DNA of 64,000 nt from Flavobacteriales bacterium (lineage in GTDB: Bacteria > Bacteroidota > Bacteroidia > Flavobacteriales_D > Crocinitomicaceae). Positions 29,826 to 38,408 of the stretch are shown one piece after another. Numbering within the stretch: position 1 is the first letter of the stretch; each line of letters starts with the position of its first letter. A model generated the notes under the pieces. The model saw only the letters and a list, made by a program, of their open reading frames with translations, searched no databases and was not told the DNA's origin. The stretch covers positions 1,210-65,209 of the forward strand of contig JBJTCG010000103.1 of the NCBI GenBank assembly GCA_046091725.1, read 5' to 3'. Both the position numbers and the translations under genes were made by a program.

Positions 29826-30624
29826 ATACAGCGGTACTCAGCACAAAGAGAGTTTATACGAGTTGGTTCAGCACGAAAACAATAAAGAACTCATTGTATT
29901 TATTCATGGTTTTATGGGCTTTATGGATTGGGGCGCATGGCATTTAGTGAGCGCTTTTTTCTTTGCAGATGGTTATGATTTTTGCCGTTTCAATTTGTCA
30001 CACAACGGCACTAGCAAAGAAGCACCACAAGATTTCGTCGATTTAGAGGCCTTTGGTTCTAATACCTATAGTAAAGAATTGTTCGATATCCAAGCGCTGC
30101 TTCAACATATAGAACGCGAACACCGAACCTATGAGCAAATTCATTTGGTGGGGCATTCTCGAGGAGGAGGAATGGCTATTTTGGCAGCAAAACACTGGCA
30201 TTGCCTAAGCAAGCTAGGTGAGGTTTGTACTTGGGCCGCCATTTGTGATATTGGGCGCAGATTTCCAGCTGGCAAAGCATTGATGTTATGGAAACAAGAA
30301 GGTGTGAGGTACATTAAAAATGGCCGGACAAATCAAGATTTACCCCAATCAATCGAACTCTATCAGGACTACATAGATAATCGCGAAGATTTAGATATCC
30401 TAGCTGCTGCTGAAAGGCTCAAAGAAAAACTACATATTTTTCATGGTGACTTGGATGAATCTGTGCCGCTTTCGGAAGCTTTTGAACTTGGAAGAGCCGC
30501 CCAAGTTGAAGTGTTCACAATTAAAGGCGCAGATCATGTTTTTGGTGCCAAACATCCATGGAATGCCGATACTTTGCCTCCCCTACTTCATGAATTATGT
30601 ATCCAGACTTTAAAATGTTTGTAA
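29815..30624 (+). CDS. Alpha/beta-fold hydrolase
   Basis: HGFMG oxyanion region, nucleophile elbow GHSRGG, and a C-terminal GADH motif (His). Confidence 0.75.
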   Translation: MRSKYSGTQHKESLYELVQHENNKELIVFIHGFMGFMDWGAWHLVSAFFFADGYDFCRFNLSHNGTSKEAPQDFVDLEAFGSNTYSKELFDIQALLQHIEREHRTYEQIHLVGHSRGGGMAILAAKHWHCLSKLGEVCTWAAICDIGRRFPAGKALMLWKQEGVRYIKNGRTNQDLPQSIELYQDYIDNREDLDILAAAERLKEKLHIFHGDLDESVPLSEAFELGRAAQVEVFTIKGADHVFGAKHPWNADTLPPLLHELCIQTLKCL

Positions 30625-30629
30625 AATAA

Positions 30630-30659
30630 AAAAAGCCAGTATGACTACTGGCTTTTTGT
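30630..30659. terminator. Intrinsic terminator hairpin shared by the hydrolase gene and the tRNA-His gene
   Basis: AGCCAGT-atgact-ACTGGCT, preceded by an A-run and followed by TTTTTGTT. Confidence 0.75.
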
Positions 30660-30660
30660 T

Positions 30661-30738
<78 letters not shown>

Positions 30739-30751
30739 GTTTGAGTGGGTG

Positions 30752-30759
30752 CAAATATA
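30752..30759 (-). promoter_or_regulatory. -7 type promoter box TATATTTG upstream of tRNA-His
   Basis: Exact TAnnTTTG match, 13 nt upstream of the tRNA 5' end. Confidence 0.5.
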
Positions 30760-30816
30760 CATATTCTTCTTCAAATGATAAAATGCAATTTTTTAAATTC
30801 TAATTTTTTCTATTTG

Positions 30817-30824
30817 TACTTTTG
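30817..30824 (+). promoter_or_regulatory. -7 type promoter box TACTTTTG upstream of the thioredoxin-like gene
   Basis: Exact match, 25 nt before ATG 30850. It lies inside the ORF-track GTG extension and argues against that extension. Confidence 0.45.
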
Positions 30825-30849
30825 CCCACATCAATCAATCAAAACAGCA

Positions 30850-31446
30850 ATGACACCTATCAATTCAAGTATAATAGCTGAAGCCTTGAGTTATAATGCC
30901 TACATGGAACTCACTGAACAATTAGTGAAGGAAGGCAAAACAAGCGGGCCTAATCAGTCTGAAGCCTATGTTTATTATACCAAACTGAATCTTCAAAGAA
31001 TGAAGCGCTTGAATAAAACAATAGAAATACCAGGCAGGCTCAAAGCACTTTTGGATAAAAAGGCGAACGGCTGGACATGGGTTGTGCTGTCAGAGCCTTG
31101 GTGTGGAGATGCGGCACAATGCGTGCCCGTGTTGGAGAAAATTGCACAAACACATTCAGAAATAAAAACTATTTATCTTCTGCGAGACGAGCACCCTACA
31201 GTTATGGATGCTTACCTGACAAACGGAGGACGTTCCATACCAAAATTGATTTGTCTTGATCAGGAAGGAAAAGAAATATTTACTTGGGGGCCAAGGCCTG
31301 CGGTTATTCAAGAGGTCATGAACCAACTCAAAGCAGCGGGCGTTTCAGAAATTGCCAAAATTGTGGAGGAAATCCAAAAAGCATATAATGCCGACCAACA
31401 GGCCGGCATTTATACAGAATTTGAATCTTTATTAGAACAGATTTAA
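30850..31446 (+). CDS. Thioredoxin-fold family protein
   Basis: EPWCGDAAQCVP motif in a thioredoxin-like context; 198 aa. Confidence 0.7.
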   Translation: MTPINSSIIAEALSYNAYMELTEQLVKEGKTSGPNQSEAYVYYTKLNLQRMKRLNKTIEIPGRLKALLDKKANGWTWVVLSEPWCGDAAQCVPVLEKIAQTHSEIKTIYLLRDEHPTVMDAYLTNGGRSIPKLICLDQEGKEIFTWGPRPAVIQEVMNQLKAAGVSEIAKIVEEIQKAYNADQQAGIYTEFESLLEQI

Positions 31447-32603
31447 AGCGTTCCGCGGTTTTCTTGTTCGCGCTCGATGGCTTCAAATAAAGCCTTGAAA
31501 TTTCCCTTACCAAAAGATTGCGCTCCTTTTCTCTGAATGATTTCAAAGAACATGGTTGGGCGATCCACAACTGGTTTGGTAAATAACTGTAATAGGTAAC
31601 CTTCGTCATCGCGGTCAATAAGAATGCCGTGTGACTTCAATAGTTCAACATCTTCATCTATTGATCCAACGCGTTCAAGTAGATCATCATAATACGTTTC
31701 CGGAACATATAAAAATTCTACACCGCGATCGCGCATGGCGGAAACCGTGGCTACTATATCGTTTGTGGCTACAGCAATGTGTTGTACACCTGGGCCATTG
31801 TAAAAATCGATGTATTCTTCTATCTGAGATTTTTTCTTGCCTTCGGCTGGTTCGTTGATCGGGAATTTGATGCGCCCATTACCATTTGACATCACTTTTG
31901 ACATCAAGGCAGTGTAGTCTGTAGAAATATCTTTGTCATCGAAAGAAACGATTTGGGCAAAACCCATGACTTTTCCATAAAATTCGACCCAATCATTCAT
32001 TTCGTTCCAACCTACGTTACCTACCATGTGATCGATGAATTTGAGTCCAACTGGTTCAGGGTTGTAATGAGATTCCCATTTTTTATAGCCCGGAAGAAAG
32101 ATTCCATGGTAATTTTTGCGTTCCACAAAAATGTGAACGGTTTCACCATATGTGTAAATACCAGAACGCACTACATAACCATCGGCATCTTCTTCTTTGG
32201 TTGGTTCCATATAAGGCTTGGCACCTCTTTTGGTGGTTTCTTCAAAGGCTTTTGTAGCGTCTTCGACCCATAGCGCTACCACTTTAACGCCATCTCCGTG
32301 TTTGTCGATGTGTGCGTTGAGTTCGCCGCCTTCAGTGAGTGGTGTGGTGAGGACCAAACGAATTTTATCTTGTTTCAAGACATAAGAAACACGGTCTTTC
32401 ATGCCAGTCTCGAGCCCAGCGTATGCCTCTGACTGAAAGCCAAATGCCGTTTTGTAAAAATGCGCGCTTTGCTTAGCATTACCTACATAAAGTTCAACGT
32501 AATCTGTACCGAGCAGTGGTAGGAAATCCTCCGCATCGTGGAATATTTTTTCAAGACTGTAGTCGTAGTTTTGAATGTCTTTTAAGTTTTTAATCTCTGC
32601 CAT
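31443..32603 (-). CDS. hppD: 4-hydroxyphenylpyruvate dioxygenase
   Basis: Two VOC-fold modules with conserved segments FIDHMVGNV, GVQHIAV and FFEIIQRKG..GFGKGNFKALFEAIE. Confidence 0.93.
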   Translation of the reverse strand: MAEIKNLKDIQNYDYSLEKIFHDAEDFLPLLGTDYVELYVGNAKQSAHFYKTAFGFQSEAYAGLETGMKDRVSYVLKQDKIRLVLTTPLTEGGELNAHIDKHGDGVKVVALWVEDATKAFEETTKRGAKPYMEPTKEEDADGYVVRSGIYTYGETVHIFVERKNYHGIFLPGYKKWESHYNPEPVGLKFIDHMVGNVGWNEMNDWVEFYGKVMGFAQIVSFDDKDISTDYTALMSKVMSNGNGRIKFPINEPAEGKKKSQIEEYIDFYNGPGVQHIAVATNDIVATVSAMRDRGVEFLYVPETYYDDLLERVGSIDEDVELLKSHGILIDRDDEGYLLQLFTKPVVDRPTMFFEIIQRKGAQSFGKGNFKALFEAIEREQENRGTL

Positions 32604-32619
32604 AAAGGTGAATTTGTGT

Positions 32620-32627
32620 CAAAATTA
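32620..32627 (-). promoter_or_regulatory. -7 type promoter box TAATTTTG upstream of hppD
   Basis: Exact match, 16 nt upstream of ATG 32603. Confidence 0.45.
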
Positions 32628-32642
32628 GGGATTAAAGCCGAG

Positions 32643-33800
32643 TTAATGTTGCCAAGAGAACATGTAATCAGGCAATTCAAGCTCAAGCGCTCGTTTGGTC
32701 AGACAAAGTGGTTTGAAGGTATCTACCATTACTGCTAATTCTTCAGTTTCCGTTTTACCAATACTGCGCTCATAGGCTCCTGGATGAGGGCCATGCGGAA
32801 TACCAGCAGGATGCAAGGTAATTTGACCTTTTTCAATATTGTTTCTGCTCATGAAGTCACCATCCACATAGTAAAGCACCTCATCGGAATCAATGTTGGA
32901 GTGATTGTATGGTGCCGGAATTGCGTCGGGGTGGTAATCGTAAAGACGCGGTACAAAAGAACACACTACAAAAGCAGCAGTTTCAAAAGTTTGGTGAACA
33001 GGAGGTGGTTGGTGTACACGACCTGTGATAGGTTCAAAGTCATGGATTGAAAAAGCATACGGGTAATTGTAGCCATCCCAGCCAACCACATTAAAAGGAT
33101 GATGCGCATACGTATAATCGTAAAGCACATCTTGCTTTTTAATTTTAATCAGAAATTCTCCTTCTTCGTCATGTGTTTCTAATTCATATGGCGTGCGGAT
33201 ATCGCGCTCGCAATATGGCGAGTGTTCAAGGAGTTGTCCAAACCAATTTCGGTATCTTTTTGGGGTGTAAACCGGATGAAAAGATTGAATAATGAACAAG
33301 CGGTTGTTGTCGTCATTGAATGCCAATTGGTAGATCATACCGCGTGGGATAACTAAATAATCGCCATAAGAAAAATCAATATTTCCGAGCTGGGTTTTCA
33401 ATTTACCCGAGCCTTTGTGAATGAAAATAATTTCGTCAGCATCGGCATTTTTATAGAAATAATCTTTCATAGATTCAACTGGTGCCGCTAGCTCGAGATA
33501 AACATCCGAATTAACGAGTACCGGAACCCGACTTTCTACGTAATCGGATACAGGTTTGAGATCGTAGCCTCTAAAACTGCGCATCAGCATGTTTTTTTCG
33601 ATGGCAATTTCAGGCGCAATATTTTTCTGAGCGCCAATTTTCTTGACAACCGTTGGAGGTTGAAGGTGGTACATCAGTGTAGACATACCGTCAAAACCTA
33701 TTGTTCCGAAAAGCTGCTCGTGATAAATTGAACCATTTGGCTGACGAAACACGGTGTGTCTCTTATGCGGAATCTGACCTAATTTTTGATAAAATGGCAT
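32643..33800 (-). CDS. hmgA: Homogentisate 1,2-dioxygenase
   Basis: 385 aa cupin enzyme. The conserved HGPHPG region near the C-terminus and overall motif order match HmgA. It is adjacent to hppD. Confidence 0.9.
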   Translation of the reverse strand: MPFYQKLGQIPHKRHTVFRQPNGSIYHEQLFGTIGFDGMSTLMYHLQPPTVVKKIGAQKNIAPEIAIEKNMLMRSFRGYDLKPVSDYVESRVPVLVNSDVYLELAAPVESMKDYFYKNADADEIIFIHKGSGKLKTQLGNIDFSYGDYLVIPRGMIYQLAFNDDNNRLFIIQSFHPVYTPKRYRNWFGQLLEHSPYCERDIRTPYELETHDEEGEFLIKIKKQDVLYDYTYAHHPFNVVGWDGYNYPYAFSIHDFEPITGRVHQPPPVHQTFETAAFVVCSFVPRLYDYHPDAIPAPYNHSNIDSDEVLYYVDGDFMSRNNIEKGQITLHPAGIPHGPHPGAYERSIGKTETEELAVMVDTFKPLCLTKRALELELPDYMFSWQH

Positions 33801-33819
33801 TTTAAAAGTTTTAGTACAA

Positions 33820-33827
33820 CAAAACTA
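33820..33827 (-). promoter_or_regulatory. -7 type promoter box TAGTTTTG upstream of hmgA
   Basis: Exact match, 19 nt upstream of ATG 33800. Confidence 0.45.
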
Positions 33828-33912
33828 AATGAAAGTATTAGTGCAATATATGATTTTAGTCAGTTTTAATTCTCTGAATGTCTGATTTAATTTTTCAATA
33901 GGGAAAAGACAT

Positions 33913-33920
33913 TATTTTTG
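33913..33920 (+). promoter_or_regulatory. -7 type promoter box TATTTTTG upstream of the epimerase-fold dehydrogenase gene
   Basis: Exact match, 21 nt before ATG 33942. The ORF-track TTG 33918 lies inside the box. Confidence 0.45.
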
Positions 33921-33941
33921 TCAATACATCAATACAACACA

Positions 33942-34880
33942 ATGACAAAAATCTTGGTAATTGGTTCTTGCGGACAAATCGGCACCGAACTCGTTTTGGC
34001 CCTCAGATCTAAATTTGGTAACGATCAAGTGATTGCCGCAGATCTTCGTGAAAAAAGCCCTGAAATTTTGGCTAACGGTCCTTATGTTCAACTAGATGCC
34101 CTGGATCGCGAACAAGTTAGAAAATATGTGATCGAACAACATATTGACCAAGTGTACTTGCTTGCTGCACTCTTGTCGGCAACAGCTGAAAAAAACCCTG
34201 ATTTTGCATGGCGCTTAAATATGGAAGGATTATTTACAATCCTTGACTTAGCCAAAGAAGGTTACTTGAAAAAAATATTTTGGCCGAGTTCAATTGCCGT
34301 TTTTGGCCCTACAACACCTGCAGATCAAACCCCTCAACATACCATAATGGAGCCTACAACGGTTTATGGTATATCCAAACAAGCCGGAGAGCGCTGGTGT
34401 GAGTACTACCACAATAAATTCGGTATAGATGTTCGAAGCATCCGTTACCCTGGGCTTATTTCGTATAAAAGTTTGCCCGGAGGTGGCACCACTGATTACG
34501 CAGTAGATATTTTTTACAAAGCCAAATCAGAAGGAAAGTTTACTTGTTTTCTTAATGCTGATACAGCACTTCCGATGATGTTCATGGACGATGCCATTCG
34601 CGGCACGCTTGAACTAATGGATGCTCCGGCAGAACAAATCAAAATCAGATCTGCGTATAATTTGTCTGGCTGCAGCTTTACGCCTGCACAACTCGCTGAA
34701 GAAATCAAAGCACTACAACCAAGTTTTGAAATCAGTTATGCAACAGACTTCAGACAAGCCATTGCAGATAGTTGGCCAAATTCAATTAACGACAGCCATG
34801 CACAAAAAGACTGGGGCTGGAAAGCTCAGTTTGACACCAAAGCAATGGTCAAGGTAATGCTTGAAAATGTAAAAGCTTGA
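33942..34880 (+). CDS. tdh: NAD-dependent epimerase/dehydratase-fold enzyme, probably short-chain L-threonine 3-dehydrogenase
   Basis: ILVIGSCGQIGTEL Rossmann motif and a YGISK catalytic Y-x3-K. The overall pattern resembles the UDP-glucose-4-epimerase-like TDH family. The specific substrate is an inference. Confidence 0.65.
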   Translation: MTKILVIGSCGQIGTELVLALRSKFGNDQVIAADLREKSPEILANGPYVQLDALDREQVRKYVIEQHIDQVYLLAALLSATAEKNPDFAWRLNMEGLFTILDLAKEGYLKKIFWPSSIAVFGPTTPADQTPQHTIMEPTTVYGISKQAGERWCEYYHNKFGIDVRSIRYPGLISYKSLPGGGTTDYAVDIFYKAKSEGKFTCFLNADTALPMMFMDDAIRGTLELMDAPAEQIKIRSAYNLSGCSFTPAQLAEEIKALQPSFEISYATDFRQAIADSWPNSINDSHAQKDWGWKAQFDTKAMVKVMLENVKA

Positions 34881-34892
34881 CATTTTTTATCG

Positions 34893-34937
34893 CCTTCAAA
34901 AGCTTTTGGATGCTAGGTTTGAGCATCCCTTTGAAGG
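34893..34937 (+). terminator. Compound hairpin downstream of tdh, a possible terminator lacking a U-tract
   Basis: CCTTCAAA...TTTGAAGG outer stem and GGATGCT-aggtttg-AGCATCC inner stem. It is followed by an A-rich rather than a T-rich tract. Confidence 0.4.
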
Positions 34938-34983
34938 AAAAATAAAAAATATTTATTGTTTTGTTTATTCTTTTTGTTGTTTT

Positions 34984-35028
34984 GTTAAACAAATTATGTT
35001 TATCTTTATAACGTAATCGTTAAACAAA
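34984..35028 (+). repeat. Two copies of the 10-mer GTTAAACAAA, spaced 35 nt start to start, upstream of the ECF sigma gene
   Basis: Copies at 34984-34993 and 35019-35028. The second ends 10 nt before ATG 35039. Confidence 0.35.
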
Positions 35029-35038
35029 ACTTTTTGTC

Positions 35039-35551
35039 ATGTCAACAATTGAATTTAATGAAGCACTAATTGGCCTTGAAAACAACCTTCAATCTTTTGC
35101 ACTTTCTTTTACAAGAAACCGAGAAGACGCAAGGGATCTGACTCAAGAAACCATGTTAAAAGCGATCACGTATCGCAGTTATTATACGCCTCAAACAAAT
35201 TTTAAGGCGTGGGTATTCACAATTATGCGTAACTTGTTCATTAATCAGTACAGAAGGAAGGTAAAGTCTGGTGCTATTTTTGACCACAGCAAGGAATTAT
35301 TTTTGGTCGGCAATATCCAAAGCCATGACGACAACGCAATAGAGAAAATAGGTGTCAAGGACATCAACAAGCAAATAGACTTATTAGGAGAGGAATACAA
35401 AGAGCCCTTTGAAATGCACTTTCAGGGCTACAAATACAAAGAGATCGCAGACAAACTGAGTATTCCGATCGGAACCGTGAAAAGCCGGATTTTCATCGCT
35501 AGAAAAAAGCTAATGGAAGCTTTACCGGAATTCGCATTTTCGGCAAATTGA
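35039..35551 (+). CDS. ECF-type RNA polymerase sigma-70 family factor
   Basis: Region 2 (DARDLTQETMLKAITY...KAWVFTIMRNLFINQYRR) and a region 4 HTH (YKEIADKLSIPIGTVKSRIFIARKKL). Confidence 0.85.
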   Translation: MSTIEFNEALIGLENNLQSFALSFTRNREDARDLTQETMLKAITYRSYYTPQTNFKAWVFTIMRNLFINQYRRKVKSGAIFDHSKELFLVGNIQSHDDNAIEKIGVKDINKQIDLLGEEYKEPFEMHFQGYKYKEIADKLSIPIGTVKSRIFIARKKLMEALPEFAFSAN

Positions 35552-35554
35552 TTT

Positions 35555-37030
35555 ATGACAAAAAAAATACACATTATTGGCTCCGGGATTTCGAGTCTGT
35601 CCGCTGCTTCATTTTTGGCCCGTGCAGGCCATGACGTCACCATCTTTGAAAAGAACGACACAATTGGTGGTAGAGCGCGTCAGTTTGAAGTTGACGGATT
35701 TGTTTTTGACATGGGGCCATCTTGGTACTGGATGCCCGATGTCTTTGAAAAATTTTATCAATCGTTTGGTTACAAAACTCAAGATTTTTACGAACTCAAA
35801 AGACTAGACCCTTCATACAGAGTCTACTGGCCTGATCAAAGTTATACGAATGTACCTGCTGCTATGCCTCAACTTGAAGCATGGTTTGAGTCTCTGGAAC
35901 CAGGTAGTTCAAGAAAATTACAAGCATTTCTCAAAGATGCCGCACACAAGTACAAAGTAGGAATGGAAGATCTCGTGTACAAACCGAGCCTTAGCCTCAC
36001 CGAATTTTTTGACAGTCGTGTACTCGGTGGTTTGTTCAAAATGCACCTCTTTTCCTCTTTCTCTGGTTTCATTCGCAAGTATTTTAAACACCCAAAAATA
36101 CTTGCGCTTTTAGAATTTCCGGTGCTTTTCCTTGGTGCCATGCCCAACGAAACTCCGGCGCTTTATTCGCTCATGAATTATGCCGATATTCAGTTAGGGA
36201 CTTGGTACCCCATGAAAGGAATGCACGAGTTCATCAAAGCTTTTGCGCGCATTGCTCAAGAGCAAGGAACTCAAATTCGAACGAATGCTAAAGTAGAAAA
36301 AATCATTGTCGAAAACGGAAAAGTAGTCGGTGTAAGTGTCAATGGCCAAATTGAATATGCCGATATCGTTATTTCAGGTGCCGACTACGCCCACACCGAC
36401 CAAGCGCTACTTGGCAAGGATGCTAATTACAATGATCAATACTGGGACAAACGAACGATGGCACCATCGAGTCTTTTGTTTTATGTTGGCGTCAATAAAA
36501 AATTAGAAAACCTTGAACATCACAACCTCTTTTTTGATGAATCTTTAGAGGAACACGGCAAAACTATTTACAAAGATCCAAGTTGGCCTCAAAATCCACT
36601 TTTTTATATGAGTGTGCCTTCTTTGACAGATCCATCAGTGGCACCAGCTGGTTCAGATAATTTGTTTTTCTTGATTCCATTGGCTCCTGATTTAAAAGAC
36701 GACGAGGCCACCCGAGCACACTATTTCGATTTATTACTTGAGCGCCTCAAAACCCTCACAGGAAACGATATCAAAGATCATATTGTTTATCAGCGCAGTT
36801 TTTGTGTAACTGATTTCAAGCAAGATTACAATGCCTTTAAAGGAAATGCATACGGTTTGGCAAATACGCTCAGACAAACAGCTATCTTAAAGCCACGCAT
36901 CAAACATAAAAACGTAAAGAATCTATACTATACAGGGCAGCTCACTGTGCCGGGCCCAGGTGTACCACCATCCATCATTTCTGGTGAGGTTGTATCACAA
37001 CTAATACTTGCTCAACACCCTTCAAACTAA
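35555..37030 (+). CDS. crtI: Phytoene desaturase
   Basis: FAD dinucleotide fold IHIIGSGISSLSAASFLARAGHDVTIFEKNDTIGGRA and the C-terminal CrtI motif YYTGQLTVPGPGVPPSIISG. Confidence 0.9.
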   Translation: MTKKIHIIGSGISSLSAASFLARAGHDVTIFEKNDTIGGRARQFEVDGFVFDMGPSWYWMPDVFEKFYQSFGYKTQDFYELKRLDPSYRVYWPDQSYTNVPAAMPQLEAWFESLEPGSSRKLQAFLKDAAHKYKVGMEDLVYKPSLSLTEFFDSRVLGGLFKMHLFSSFSGFIRKYFKHPKILALLEFPVLFLGAMPNETPALYSLMNYADIQLGTWYPMKGMHEFIKAFARIAQEQGTQIRTNAKVEKIIVENGKVVGVSVNGQIEYADIVISGADYAHTDQALLGKDANYNDQYWDKRTMAPSSLLFYVGVNKKLENLEHHNLFFDESLEEHGKTIYKDPSWPQNPLFYMSVPSLTDPSVAPAGSDNLFFLIPLAPDLKDDEATRAHYFDLLLERLKTLTGNDIKDHIVYQRSFCVTDFKQDYNAFKGNAYGLANTLRQTAILKPRIKHKNVKNLYYTGQLTVPGPGVPPSIISGEVVSQLILAQHPSN

Positions 37031-37035
37031 ACCCT

Positions 37036-37872
37036 ATGAAAGCACTATTTGATCAAATTAGCCATGAAATGAGCGAACTGACCACCAAGCGTTACAGCAC
37101 CTCGTTCTCTTTAGGAATTAGTTTTTTAGACAAAGGAATTCAAAAGCCAATCTATGCCATCTATGGTTTTGTGCGCTTCGCAGATGAAATTGTAGATACA
37201 TTTCACGGTTACGACAAAGAACACCTACTTGCCGATTTCAAGTCACAAACCTACGCTGCAATTGAAGCGGGCATTTCTTTGAACCCAATATTAAATAGTT
37301 TTCAGTGGGCCGTGAATCGCTATCAAATTCCGCAAGAATTGATCGATACCTTTCTAGATTCCATGGAGATGGACCTTCAAAAGCAAACCTACGATCAAGG
37401 GAAATATGAAACCTATATTTTAGGATCAGCAGAAGTGGTTGGCTTGATGTGCTTAAAGGTTTTTGTTGAAGGAGACGAAGCGCAATATGAACAGTTGAAA
37501 CCTTATGCCATGAAACTTGGGGCGGCGTTTCAAAAGATCAACTTCCTTAGAGATCTCAAAGCTGATTACCAAGAATTAGGGCGCACCTATTTCCCTGGCA
37601 TCAATCTAACTGAATTTAATAATGAACTCAAATTAGAGATTGAAGCAGATATCGCACGTGATTTTCAGAAAGGTTACGAAGGAATTTTATTGTTACCTAA
37701 AAAAGCCCGATTTGGCGTTTACATGGCCTATAAATATTACTTCAAGTTGTTCAAAAAAATCAAAAGCACCCCAGCTGAAATGGTATTACATGAGCGCATC
37801 CGCATTCCAAATTACAGGAAAATGCGTATCCTCTTGACTTCCTACGTTCGTCACAACTTAAATTTACTGTGA
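37036..37872 (+). CDS. crtB: Phytoene synthase
   Basis: Squalene/phytoene synthase motifs YAIYGFVRFADEIVD and GAAFQKINFLRDLKAD. Confidence 0.9.
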   Translation: MKALFDQISHEMSELTTKRYSTSFSLGISFLDKGIQKPIYAIYGFVRFADEIVDTFHGYDKEHLLADFKSQTYAAIEAGISLNPILNSFQWAVNRYQIPQELIDTFLDSMEMDLQKQTYDQGKYETYILGSAEVVGLMCLKVFVEGDEAQYEQLKPYAMKLGAAFQKINFLRDLKADYQELGRTYFPGINLTEFNNELKLEIEADIARDFQKGYEGILLLPKKARFGVYMAYKYYFKLFKKIKSTPAEMVLHERIRIPNYRKMRILLTSYVRHNLNLL

Positions 37873-38408
37873 TGCAAGAAGAGTCTGTAATATTAATTGA
37901 CGATCACGACCACGAAATTGGTATGCTGGAGAAAATGGAAGCCCATCGTTTGGGTTTGTTGCATCGCGCCTTTTCAATCCTCATATTCAATCACAAAGGA
38001 GAACTATTACTACAGCAAAGAGCAGCGCATAAATACCATTCACCTTTACTTTGGACGAACACATGTTGTTCACATCAGCGACCAGGTGAAAGCAGCCTAG
38101 AGGCAGCCAATCGGAGGTTAAAAGAAGAAATGGGCATGGAAGCAACACTTCAAGAGGCTTTCTGCTTTATTTACAAGGCAAAACTAGATCAGGGCCTCAC
38201 CGAACACGAACTCGATCACGTACTCATAGGCTACTCCAATCAAAATCCTGTCATCAATAAAGAAGAGGTAGAGGACTATAAATGGATCTCTATGAATGAA
38301 CTGCTAAATGATTTAGATCAATTTCCGCAAACATATACTGCATGGTTCAAAATATTATTAAATCAACACTTAGAAGAAATTACAAAAGCAGCATATGAAA
38401 GTTTGTAG
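37872..38408 (+). CDS. idi: Isopentenyl-diphosphate delta-isomerase, type 1
   Basis: LLHRAFSILIFN, the WTNTCCSH catalytic Cys region, and a Nudix-like EE motif. ATG 37872 overlaps the crtB stop (TGATG). The in-frame GTG 37869 is an alternative start. Confidence 0.9.
   Translation: MQEESVILIDDHDHEIGMLEKMEAHRLGLLHRAFSILIFNHKGELLLQQRAAHKYHSPLLWTNTCCSHQRPGESSLEAANRRLKEEMGMEATLQEAFCFIYKAKLDQGLTEHELDHVLIGYSNQNPVINKEEVEDYKWISMNELLNDLDQFPQTYTAWFKILLNQHLEEITKAAYESL

Noticed and set aside
30745-30849. N-terminal extensions proposed by the longest-ORF track for the thioredoxin-like gene. The same applies at 3460, 7584, 8687, 22582, 23120, 24709, 29303, 33918, 38757, 41429, 56714 and 60101.
   Set aside because: The extensions begin at TTG or GTG codons, or run through upstream genes or TAnnTTTG promoter boxes. 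They encode non-conserved sequence. Internal ATG codons give N-termini typical of the families, namely signal peptides, Rossmann motifs, or ATGA coupling to the upstream stop.
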